Program-made: the position numbers and the translations under genes
The notes under the pieces: model-generated
Told to the model about the DNA's origin: nothing
What the model saw: the letters and a program-made list of their open reading frames with translations, nothing else
Databases searched by the model: none
Shown: one piece after another, positions 9,565 through 18,361 of the stretch
Layout: every line of letters begins with the position of its first letter
How positions within the stretch are numbered: the stretch's first letter is position 1
NCBI GenBank assembly: GCA_964538685.1
Contig: CAZIFD010000002.1
Span: 77,255 to 141,254, forward strand
Length of the DNA stretch: 64,000 bases
Source: an uncultured Bdellovibrionales bacterium
GTDB taxonomy: Bacteria; Patescibacteriota; Minisyncoccia; Moranbacterales; UBA2206
Direction: 5' to 3'

Positions 9565-10491
9565 ATGAAAATTTGCGTTATAAGTGCTTCAAAAAATTTT
9601 TATGCTCCCAAAAAACTTCTTGAAGAAGGAAAAAAAGCAGGACATGATGTTTATTTGACAACCTGGGAAGATATTATTATTGACATACAAAAAGAAAATA
9701 TTTACTTTGGTGATAAAAAAAATTCTCTTGATAAATTTGATGCTATCATACCCAGAAGCGATCGCTATTCCATAAAACTTAGCAATAAAAAAATTGTAAA
9801 TAGACATTTGGACAGTCTTTTTAGGTTATTAATTGAATACTCAAAAAAACATGGCGTTTTTTTCTTAAATGGAGATTATTTTTCAAGATATCAAAGCTTA
9901 GACAAGCTTTCTCAACAATATTTTTTTGCAGAAAACGGACTACCAGGAATAGAAACCTTTTTTTTCACAAACCCCTCCAAATTAATTTGTCAAAAAGATA
10001 TAATAAAATATCCACTAGTTGCTAAAACTTCCCAGGGAAGCAGAGGTTTGAGTGTGTTTAAACTAAAAAATATTTCGGAATTAGAAAATTTTTTGGATAA
10101 AAGAGCTGTTGATGGACAATTGTTTCTTTTTCAAAAATATCACACCATAAAACATGATTTTAGAATATTAGTAGTAGGCAAAAAAGTCTTAGGGATAATG
10201 AAAAGATCATCCAATGGAACAGAGTGGAAAACGAACATTTCACTTGGAGGATCAGGAGAAAGATACCCTAAAAACAAAAAAATGGAAGTCTTAGCCCTCT
10301 CAGTTGCCTCAAAGATGAAGTTTGATTATTTGGGTTTGGATTTATTGGAAGACGAACAAGGAAATTTTCGCATAATTGAAACTAACTCTCTGCCACAGTT
10401 TAGAGGATTTGAAAAAGCTTTTCCCGAAATTAATGTCGCCAAAGAACTTATACAGCTAGTTGAAATAAAAAAACAAAAATTTTTGATTTAA
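9565..10491 (+). CDS. rimK: RimK-family ATP-grasp ligase (alpha-L-glutamate ligase-like)
   Basis: MKICVIS...YAPKKLLEEGKKAGHDV RimK N-terminus; PLVAKTSQGSRGLSVF; FRILVVGKKVLGIMKRSS; IIETNSLPQFRGFE. Confidence 0.65.
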   Translation: MKICVISASKNFYAPKKLLEEGKKAGHDVYLTTWEDIIIDIQKENIYFGDKKNSLDKFDAIIPRSDRYSIKLSNKKIVNRHLDSLFRLLIEYSKKHGVFFLNGDYFSRYQSLDKLSQQYFFAENGLPGIETFFFTNPSKLICQKDIIKYPLVAKTSQGSRGLSVFKLKNISELENFLDKRAVDGQLFLFQKYHTIKHDFRILVVGKKVLGIMKRSSNGTEWKTNISLGGSGERYPKNKKMEVLALSVASKMKFDYLGLDLLEDEQGNFRIIETNSLPQFRGFEKAFPEINVAKELIQLVEIKKQKFLI

Positions 10492-10561
10492 AATAAGTTT
10501 AACTTTTTATTTATTGATTGATAACACTATCCAATTGATAATAAACTAAAAATAAGCTAAA

Positions 10562-10594
10562 ATTAGAGCTACTTATAAGTAGCTCTAATTTTTT
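10562..10594 (+). terminator. Strong Rho-independent terminator after the ATP-grasp operon
   Basis: Perfect palindrome ATTAGAGCTACTT-AT-AAGTAGCTCTAAT followed by TTTTTT. The T-run abuts the ATG of the next gene. Confidence 0.7.
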
Positions 10595-13126
10595 ATGAAA
10601 AAGATTTTTTCACCTAATAAAACAAACTCTTCAGAAAGATTAAGTGATTTTTTTTCTCGCTTTTCCTGGAAAAAAACCGGAAAAATTATCGGAATATTTT
10701 TTGGTGTTTGCTTTCTTTTTATTTTGGGAGTTTTTGCTTATTTTGCCAAAGATCTTCCTAGCGCCAGCGGAATAGTGGATAGAAATGTCGCCGAATCCAC
10801 CAAGATTTACGACCGAACCGGAACACATCTTCTTTATGATATTCACGGGGAAGAAAAAAGAACAGTCATTCCATTCTCAGAAATGCCAGACACCATCAAA
10901 TACGCCACCATTGCCTTGGAAGATCAAGATTTTTATAATCATCATGGAATTAAAATAACTTCCATTATTAGAGCCGCTCTCAAGGATATTTTGCACCGGA
11001 GAGCCTCTCAAGGAGGATCAACCATTACTCAACAATTTGTCAAAAATTCTCTTTTAACCAGGGAAAAAACTTTCACCCGAAAAATAAAAGAACTGATTCT
11101 TTCCCTTGAAATGGAACAAAAATTTAATAAAGACGAGATTTTGGCAATGTATCTTAATGAAATTCCCTACGGTTCCAATGCTTATGGAATTGAAGCTGCT
11201 GCTCAAACATTTTTTGGAAAACATGCTAAAGAATTGTCTCTGGATGAAGCCACTCTTCTGGCATCCCTGCCTCAAGCGCCAACATATTATTCTCCTTTCG
11301 GTTCTCATCCGGAAGCCCTGAAAGCCAGACAAGAATACGCCTTAAAAAAATTATTTGATCTGAATTACATTAGCGAAGAACAATACAATGAAGCCAAAAA
11401 TATTGATGTTTTAGCTAAAATCAGTCCCTACAAAGAAAATATTAGCGCTCCTCATTTTGTCATGTATGTTAAAGAATATCTGGAACAAAAATACGGACAA
11501 GAAGCCTTGGAACAGGGGGGATTAAAAGTTTATACCACTCTTGATTGGGACAAACAACAAGTAGCAGAAAAATTTGTCAAAGAAGGAGCGGAAAAAAATA
11601 TTCAAAGCTATAATGCTGAAAACGCCGCCTTGGTCGCCATTAATCCAAAAAATGGTCAGATTTTATCTATGATTGGATCCAAGGATTATTTTGACAAAGA
11701 AATTGACGGGCAAGTCAATGTCGCCATTCGTGATCGCCAACCAGGATCCTCTTTTAAACCATTTGTTTATTTAACCGCCTTTACCAAAGGATATACTCCT
11801 GAAACTCAACTTTGGGATGTGGACACTGATTTTGAAACTGATGATGGACAAGAATATAATCCAAAAAACTATGATGACAAAAATAGAGGACTCCTCAAGA
11901 TGAAAGAGGCCTTAGCGATGTCACTTAATGTTCCGGCGGTCAAAACCCTCTATCTGGCCAGCGTTAAAGATTCAATTAGCCTAGCTAAAAAACTTGGCAT
12001 CACCACCCTCAACAATCCCGAGCGTTATGGCCTCTCTTTAGTGCTTGGAGGCGGAGAAGTTAAACTTTTGGATCACACCAATGCTTTTGCCACCCTGGCT
12101 AATGGAGGAATTAAACACGAAAAAACCGCTATTCTAAAAGTAGAAAATGGAAAAGGGGAAATTTTAGAGGAATTTAAAGACTCTGAAGGAGAAAGAGTGG
12201 TAGAAGAAAAATTTGTCGCTATGTTGGATTATATTCTCTCTACCAATGAGCTCCGGGCCCCGGTTTTTGGGGAAAACAACAAGCTAGCCTTCAAAGATCG
12301 TCAAGTAGCCGCTAAAACAGGAACTACAAATGAATGGCGTGATGGTTGGACAATGGGCTACACACCATCAATCGCCGTCGGAGTTTGGGCAGGAAACAAT
12401 GACAACACCAAAATGGCCGATGGCGCCGATGGATCCTATGTGGCTGCTCCTATTTGGAGAGCCTTTATGGATGAAGTTCTTAAAAACTCCAATCCGGAAA
12501 CTTTTCCAAAATATGATAAAGACGAAGATGCTCCGGAAAAAGATATTTTGAAAGGTGAATTAAATCCAACAGAAGAATTAAAAGTTTGTGAAATTCCCGG
12601 AAAAGATGATGAATATTGCCTGGTTAGCGACGCCTGCCCGGACAAAGAATCAAAGAAAAAGAAATTCTTTACTGGCCACACTATCCTTTATTATGTTAAT
12701 AAAGACGATCCCCAAGGAGACACACCCAAAAATCCAGAGGATGATCCCCAATTTAAAAACTGGGAAAAAGCGGTAAAAAAATGGGCCAAAGAAGAAAAAG
12801 ATTATGAAACTGACGAAGCTCCGGAAGATAAATGTCAAGAAGATGATTTTAAAAAATATTTGCCGGAAGTTAAAATTGAATCCCCTTCTTCTGATAATGT
12901 TGGATCATCTTTCAATATCAAAGTCTCAGCTAATGCCGGTTATGGAGTGAAAAAACTTTCCATTTCAATTAATGGCAACGAAATAGAATCAACGGGAGAT
13001 TCTTCTTTAAGTAAAACTTATGACGCTTCAGATAATAATGGATCCACCCTCACCATCAAAGCGTCTGTTGAGGATAAAAATGGCCACAGCGATTCTGTTT
13101 CCAAGGAAATTAAAGTTAGTTTCTAA
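10595..13126 (+). CDS. Class A penicillin-binding protein (PBP1A: transglycosylase plus transpeptidase) with C-terminal Ig-like extension
   Basis: GT51 motifs IALEDQDFYNHHGI and GGSTITQQ. Transpeptidase SSFKP (SxxK) and KTGTT. N-terminal TM anchor. Confidence 0.9.
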   Translation: MKKIFSPNKTNSSERLSDFFSRFSWKKTGKIIGIFFGVCFLFILGVFAYFAKDLPSASGIVDRNVAESTKIYDRTGTHLLYDIHGEEKRTVIPFSEMPDTIKYATIALEDQDFYNHHGIKITSIIRAALKDILHRRASQGGSTITQQFVKNSLLTREKTFTRKIKELILSLEMEQKFNKDEILAMYLNEIPYGSNAYGIEAAAQTFFGKHAKELSLDEATLLASLPQAPTYYSPFGSHPEALKARQEYALKKLFDLNYISEEQYNEAKNIDVLAKISPYKENISAPHFVMYVKEYLEQKYGQEALEQGGLKVYTTLDWDKQQVAEKFVKEGAEKNIQSYNAENAALVAINPKNGQILSMIGSKDYFDKEIDGQVNVAIRDRQPGSSFKPFVYLTAFTKGYTPETQLWDVDTDFETDDGQEYNPKNYDDKNRGLLKMKEALAMSLNVPAVKTLYLASVKDSISLAKKLGITTLNNPERYGLSLVLGGGEVKLLDHTNAFATLANGGIKHEKTAILKVENGKGEILEEFKDSEGERVVEEKFVAMLDYILSTNELRAPVFGENNKLAFKDRQVAAKTGTTNEWRDGWTMGYTPSIAVGVWAGNNDNTKMADGADGSYVAAPIWRAFMDEVLKNSNPETFPKYDKDEDAPEKDILKGELNPTEELKVCEIPGKDDEYCLVSDACPDKESKKKKFFTGHTILYYVNKDDPQGDTPKNPEDDPQFKNWEKAVKKWAKEEKDYETDEAPEDKCQEDDFKKYLPEVKIESPSSDNVGSSFNIKVSANAGYGVKKLSISINGNEIESTGDSSLSKTYDASDNNGSTLTIKASVEDKNGHSDSVSKEIKVSF

Positions 13127-13172
13127 ATCTTTTCCAAATAAAAAAACCGCTTGATTTTTAAAAGTGGTTTTT

Positions 13173-13457
13173 TTATTTGGTTTTTATTCCTTTTACCAAA
13201 TTTCCCCCCAACTCCTGATTTATTTTTTTTATAATCCTTTCCCGATTAATCCAAAGCTCCGAAAGCCAAACCGAACTTTCCGACCGGACAAAAAAAATTT
13301 TTCCGTCAAAATAGTCTGGAATTAATTTTTCTTGACCCATCTTGCCCATTTCATTTCCAATTATCTTTTTAAAAACAAAAAAGGCGGTTTTTTCATCTAA
13401 AAAAACTTTCTTATTTTGCGCCTCTTTTTTTTTAATCAAATCTCCCAGCGATTTCAT
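13173..13457 (-). CDS. DUF721/DciA-like small protein downstream of dnaN
   Basis: 94 aa. Sits at a position commonly occupied by DUF721 family genes next to dnaN. Weak motif resemblance only. Confidence 0.35.
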   Translation of the reverse strand: MKSLGDLIKKKEAQNKKVFLDEKTAFFVFKKIIGNEMGKMGQEKLIPDYFDGKIFFVRSESSVWLSELWINRERIIKKINQELGGNLVKGIKTK

Positions 13458-13480
13458 AAAAAACTGATTAATAATAATTT

Positions 13481-14638
13481 TTAGTTTTTTATTGGCATCA
13501 CTATATAAGTGTAATTTTCCAAAACTTCACCGGTTTTTTCATCAATCTCCTTAAGTGCCACCGGGGTAGAATCGTTATTCATTAAAATTGCTACCTGAGA
13601 AGTAGTAATCGTATTAATACCATCCAATAAATATTTATAATTAAAAATCACTTCTTGGGATGGCCCTGAAACATCCAATTTAACTTCTGAGCTGTTTTCT
13701 CCCGCTTCCGCACTTTTTACCATTACTAATAATTGAGCCTTTTCTGCGTCAATTTTAAGACTAATTTCATTCGCCTTACTAGTTGTAAAAACACTGGCCA
13801 TTTTTACCAAACTTTGCAATTGATTTTTTTCCAAAACAACTCTGGTTTGATATTCACTAGGCATTATGTGCTTATATTCCGGATATTTACCATTAATCAA
13901 CCGAGACACCAACACACACTCTCCAATTTCAAAAAATATTTGACCTTCTTCAATGGCAATTTTAATTTCTTCATCTGTTTCCGGATTAATAATTCTTGAC
14001 AATTCAATTAAAGTGCTGGCGGGGACTATTAAATTATCTCTTTTTTGTCGAAATAAATCATATAATTCCTGATTAATATTTTCTTTTTCTAAAATAAGCC
14101 TTTCTTCTGTTAAACGAAAACTGTCTGTAGCTGCAAAAAATAACTCTTTAGCACCTAAAACTAAATTAATTCCGGTTAATTCTTGTCTTATTTCCCCCAA
14201 TGAAACACTTATTATTACTCTATTTATAATATTTTTAAGAATATTGGCTGGTAAATTTAAAATAAAATCGGTATTTTTTTGAGGAATTAGAGGAAATTCA
14301 TCTGCCAATAATCCCTTTATAGTTGCTTTATAATTTCCACTTTTTATTTTTAAATTTTGATCATTCGTTTCTAATTCAATTTTCTCACCTCGGGGAAGAT
14401 TATTTATAAAATTACTGATAATTTTAGCTGGGATAGTTATTTTTCCCTCTTTTTCCGTTATTACTCCTATTTTTGTATTAATCCCTATTTCCAAATTAGT
14501 AGCGGAAAGTTTTAGGGTATTTTTTTTACTTTCTAATAATATATTATTTAAAATAGGTAAGGTGTTTTGTTTAGAGACTAATCTCTCTGTTTTAAAAATA
14601 GCTTTCCTAAAATTATCTTGAGTACAAATTAATTTCAT
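13481..14638 (-). CDS. dnaN: DNA polymerase III beta sliding clamp
   Basis: MKLICTQDNFRKAI...LPILNNILLE N-terminus; 385 aa; directly downstream of dnaA. Confidence 0.9.
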   Translation of the reverse strand: MKLICTQDNFRKAIFKTERLVSKQNTLPILNNILLESKKNTLKLSATNLEIGINTKIGVITEKEGKITIPAKIISNFINNLPRGEKIELETNDQNLKIKSGNYKATIKGLLADEFPLIPQKNTDFILNLPANILKNIINRVIISVSLGEIRQELTGINLVLGAKELFFAATDSFRLTEERLILEKENINQELYDLFRQKRDNLIVPASTLIELSRIINPETDEEIKIAIEEGQIFFEIGECVLVSRLINGKYPEYKHIMPSEYQTRVVLEKNQLQSLVKMASVFTTSKANEISLKIDAEKAQLLVMVKSAEAGENSSEVKLDVSGPSQEVIFNYKYLLDGINTITTSQVAILMNNDSTPVALKEIDEKTGEVLENYTYIVMPIKN

Positions 14639-14913
14639 ATAGTTAATAATTTATTTATTTAATTTATTTAAAGGTATTAATATTATTAGAAAAATAAAAA
14701 TTGTTGATAAGTTTATTTTTTATTTTAAATAAAGGATTGTTGTTGTGGATAAAGAATTAATAAGTATGTTTTTAAAATAGGATTAAGGATGTGTTTGGGA
14801 ATAATTTTTTTAAATTTTGTTTTTTTAGAAACAATTTACTATAAATAAAACACAGATTTTTTAAGGGGTTATTTATATATAATTAACAACTTATTAACAA
14901 TTAATTAACTTTT
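14639..14913. promoter_or_regulatory. Candidate oriC: dnaA-dnaN intergenic region with DnaA boxes and AT-rich DUE
   Basis: Perfect DnaA box TGTGGATAA (reverse complement of TTATCCACA) at 14744-14752. One-mismatch box TGTTGATAA at 14702-14710. Extremely AT-rich stretch 14641-14700. Confidence 0.6.
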
Positions 14914-16308
14914 TTAAATCAAAGAATAGAGTTGTTCTTTGATGTGTTCCAATTCTTCAGAGAGTTTTTCATCATATTCAAGAAGTTTGGATATTTTTTC
15001 ATAAGCATGAAGAGCAGTGGTGTGATCTCTTCCTCCAAGTTTATCTCCTATTCCGGGATAAGAGTATTGAAGCTCGGTTCTCATTAAAAACATCGCGATT
15101 TGTCTGGGTTTAGCAATTTCTCTTTTGCGATTTTTAATTAAAAGATCGTTTAAACTAACTTCATAAAAATCGCAAACAGCTTTTAGGATATGTTTATGAT
15201 TAACTCCTTTCTTTTTTCCACTAGAAATAAGCTCAGAAAGTAAAGATGAGACATAGTTATAGGTAAGCGCTTTATTGCTTAATTGAGAGGAAACAATCAC
15301 TCTATTAAGCGCCCCTTCTAATTCTCTAATGTTGTTGGAAATATTTTTAGCAATGAAGGCTATAGCTTCATCTTCAATGTTTACTCCTTCATCTTGGATT
15401 TTTTTTCTTAAAATAGCTAAGCGAGTTTCAAAATCAGGTTTAGAAACATCAGCAATCATTCCTCCTTCAAAACGAGAACGCAATCTTTCTTCAAGGGTGG
15501 GAATGGCTTTGGGTGCTCGATCGCTACTTAAAACAATTTGTTTATTTAATTGGTAAAGATAATTAAAAATGTGAAAAAATTCTTCCTGCGTTTTTTCTTT
15601 CCCAGAAAGAAATTGAACATCATCAATAATAAGAAGATCTATTTTGCGATAATATTCCTTAAAATCATTAATTTTTTGATTTCTTATGGAATCAATTAGA
15701 TCATTGGTAAATCTTTCGGAAGTAATATATTTTACTTGGCTCTCGGGGTTATTTTTTATAATTTCATTCCCGATTGATTGAAGAAGATGGGTTTTTCCCA
15801 GTCCCACCCCGCCATAAATAAAAAGCGGATTATAAGCCTTTCCTAGGTTTTTAGAGACAGCATAGCAAGCAGCCCTAGCCAATTCATTGCTTCCGCCAAT
15901 TACAAAATTATCAAAAACATATTTAGGGTTGAGATTGCTCTCATAATGAATTTGGTTTTTGGTTTTTGGTGGTTGAGAATTATTGCTGGCTATAGATTTG
16001 TTTGGAATATTTGAATTGGGTGAGATTATAGCATCAACTGAATGTTCTCGGGATTGATTTTGAGGAACCGAGATCACACAAGAAACGGTTTGAATTGAAT
16101 TTTCAATATTTTTTAGGGCTTTTAGAATGTAGGGACGGTATTTGTTTTCCAACCATTCCTTGGCAAATCCATTAGGAACTCCAATAATAATATGACCATC
16201 CTTAATGGAACTAATAAAAGTATTTTTAAACCAAGTGATAAAATTGGCTCTAGATATGGAGAGTTCTATTTCGGCCAAAGCCGCTTTCCAAAGTTCATTG
16301 GTATTCAT
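14914..16308 (-). CDS. dnaA: Chromosomal replication initiator DnaA
   Basis: AAA+ NPLFIYGGVGLGKTHLLQSIGNE. C-terminal DNA-binding domain. Likely start at the MNTNELW ATG (16308); the ORF track extends to 16350. Confidence 0.95.
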   Translation of the reverse strand: MNTNELWKAALAEIELSISRANFITWFKNTFISSIKDGHIIIGVPNGFAKEWLENKYRPYILKALKNIENSIQTVSCVISVPQNQSREHSVDAIISPNSNIPNKSIASNNSQPPKTKNQIHYESNLNPKYVFDNFVIGGSNELARAACYAVSKNLGKAYNPLFIYGGVGLGKTHLLQSIGNEIIKNNPESQVKYITSERFTNDLIDSIRNQKINDFKEYYRKIDLLIIDDVQFLSGKEKTQEEFFHIFNYLYQLNKQIVLSSDRAPKAIPTLEERLRSRFEGGMIADVSKPDFETRLAILRKKIQDEGVNIEDEAIAFIAKNISNNIRELEGALNRVIVSSQLSNKALTYNYVSSLLSELISSGKKKGVNHKHILKAVCDFYEVSLNDLLIKNRKREIAKPRQIAMFLMRTELQYSYPGIGDKLGGRDHTTALHAYEKISKLLEYDEKLSEELEHIKEQLYSLI

Positions 16309-16550
16309 AATTTTAAGATCCCCCCCAAAATTGTTTTTGAAGTATAACACAGGGAAAAACAGGAGTCTAAGTTAAAAGTGGATAATACTGTTAATAAACT
16401 GTTTACTTCTTATAATTAAGATATAATATAAAATCTAGAAAAAGTAAATCTTTTCTGGCATTTTCAAATGATTAATTGACTTTATGCGGGTTAGCTGTTA
16501 AAATTTTGTTAGTAAATTAAGGGAAAAATCATTAAATTAACTGTAAAAAT

Positions 16551-16688
16551 ATGAGTGAAACTTATAAACCCAAAACACAAAAAAGAAAGAAAAAGCATGG
16601 TTTTAGAAAAAGAAACCAAACCACTAGTGGTAAGAATGTGCTAAAAAACCGCCTAAGAAAAGGAAGAAAAAAATTAACAACTGTCTAA
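16551..16688 (+). CDS. rpmH: 50S ribosomal protein L34
   Basis: 45-aa [48 protein letters not shown], below the ORF-track size cut-off. Canonical position upstream of rnpA. Confidence 0.85.
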   Translation: MSETYKPKTQKRKKKHGFRKRNQTTSGKNVLKNRLRKGRKKLTTV

Positions 16689-16692
16689 ATTA

Positions 16693-17046
16693 ATGTTGCC
16701 GCTCAAAAATAGGCTTAAAAAGAGAAAAGACTTTGATTTGATTTATAAGACTGGAAAAAATGCTTTTGCAAGTAATTTCTTTCTAAAATTTAAAGAAAAT
16801 GGCTTATCAGAAAGTAGAATTGGAATTTCAATTGGAACCAAGTTTTCCCCAAAAGCATTTTTGAGAAACAAAACAAAGCGACAGATAAGGGAGGTTTTTA
16901 GAAGGGAACTTCCCTTTTTAAGAGAAGGATTTGATATCGTGATAATTCCAAAAAAGAGAAAAGAAGAAAATAGCTCTTTTGAAGAATGGCAAATAGCCAT
17001 TAAAAGCGCCTTAAAGAGTTCCGATTTAATAAAAAATAAAAAATAG
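16693..17046 (+). CDS. rnpA: RNase P protein component
   Basis: KNRLKKRKDFDLIYK...RNKTKRQIREVFR; 117 aa; rpmH-rnpA-yidC synteny. Confidence 0.85.
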   Translation: MLPLKNRLKKRKDFDLIYKTGKNAFASNFFLKFKENGLSESRIGISIGTKFSPKAFLRNKTKRQIREVFRRELPFLREGFDIVIIPKKRKEENSSFEEWQIAIKSALKSSDLIKNKK

Positions 17047-17049
17047 CCT

Positions 17050-17844
17050 ATGTTGTTTTTGTTTGATACTTTTGTTTACAATCCAATTTATAATTTTTTG
17101 ATTTTTGTTTATAATCTGCTTCCATTTCATGATTTTGGAGTGGCTATTGTTTTGGTAACGGTTATTATAAAACTGATTTTAATTCCAATCAGTAAAAAAC
17201 AAATAGAGTCGCAACGGAAAATGCAGGAATTACAGCCAAAAATCAAGGAAATTCAAAAAAAATACAAAAATGACAAAGAAAAACAAAGTCGAGCTTTGAT
17301 GGAATTTTATAAAGAAAACAAAACCAATCCCTTGTCGGGATGTCTTCCAATGGTGGTTCAGTTAATATTTTTAATAGCGATTTATAGGGTTCTTTTTAAT
17401 ATTTCTCAAAGCGGATTAATTATTGATGGCTCGGGATTATATTCTTTTATTCAAAACCCAGGCAAAGTCAATGATGTATTTTTGGGAATTATTAATCTAT
17501 CTTCCACGCTAAATATCAGAAGTCTTTCATTGGTTAATTTGCCTCATTTGCTTTTGGTTTTTGGAGCGGCCACTTCTCAATTCTATCAATCCAAGATGTT
17601 GATGGCTAAACAGGTAATTAAAAAAGATAAAAAAGAAGATGATAAAAAAGAAGAACCGGATTTTTCCCAGATTATGCAAAAACAAATGCTTTATATGGGT
17701 CCTGTCCTGACATTATTTATCGGTTTTCAGTTTCCAGCCGGATTGGCTCTTTATTGGTTGGTTTCAACAATATTTATGATTATTCAGCAATACTTTCTTT
17801 CAAAAAAAGAAGAAATGGTTATAAAAGAAAAAAAGTCTAACTAA
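17050..17844 (+). CDS. yidC: Membrane protein insertase YidC/Oxa1 (short Gram-positive type)
   Basis: LSGCLPMVVQLIFLIAIYRV and conserved C-terminal TM bundle; synteny. Confidence 0.85.
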   Translation: MLFLFDTFVYNPIYNFLIFVYNLLPFHDFGVAIVLVTVIIKLILIPISKKQIESQRKMQELQPKIKEIQKKYKNDKEKQSRALMEFYKENKTNPLSGCLPMVVQLIFLIAIYRVLFNISQSGLIIDGSGLYSFIQNPGKVNDVFLGIINLSSTLNIRSLSLVNLPHLLLVFGAATSQFYQSKMLMAKQVIKKDKKEDDKKEEPDFSQIMQKQMLYMGPVLTLFIGFQFPAGLALYWLVSTIFMIIQQYFLSKKEEMVIKEKKSN

Positions 17845-17863
17845 CTATATTTCAATAAATATT

Positions 17864-18349
17864 ATGGAAAACAGAGAACAAGAAAATTTTTCTGGTATTG
17901 TGGAGGAAACTACTAAAGAAGTGTTGGAAAAAATGGGTTTTTCTGGAGCTGAGATAAAAATTGAAGACAAAGAAAATTTGGAAAAAAAGCTTGTTTGCAA
18001 CATAAAAACCGATGAATCAAGTTTTTTAATTGGTCAGCACGGAGTTAATTTAGAGTCTTTGCAACACATTGTTCGTCTTCTAGTAAGAAGGAAATCAGAA
18101 GAAAAAATTAACTTTATTTTGGATGTGAACTCTTATAAACAAGAAAGAAATAATTCTTTGATTGAATTGGCAAGAAACCTGGCAAATCAGGCGATAGCTG
18201 AAAAAAGATCAGTAGCTCTTCGCCCGATGTCCTCTTATGAAAGAAGAATTGTTCATATGGAGCTTGCTCAAAATGAACAAGTAGAAACGGAAAGTATTGG
18301 AGAACGAGAAAACAGAAAAATTATTATTAAGCCGGTAAGTTTAATTTAG
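17864..18349 (+). CDS. jag: Jag/KhpB RNA-binding protein (KH plus R3H)
   Basis: C-terminal R3H motif ALRPMSSYERRIVHMEL; follows yidC. Confidence 0.8.
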   Translation: MENREQENFSGIVEETTKEVLEKMGFSGAEIKIEDKENLEKKLVCNIKTDESSFLIGQHGVNLESLQHIVRLLVRRKSEEKINFILDVNSYKQERNNSLIELARNLANQAIAEKRSVALRPMSSYERRIVHMELAQNEQVETESIGERENRKIIIKPVSLI

Positions 18350-18361
18350 TCTTTTTTAAAT

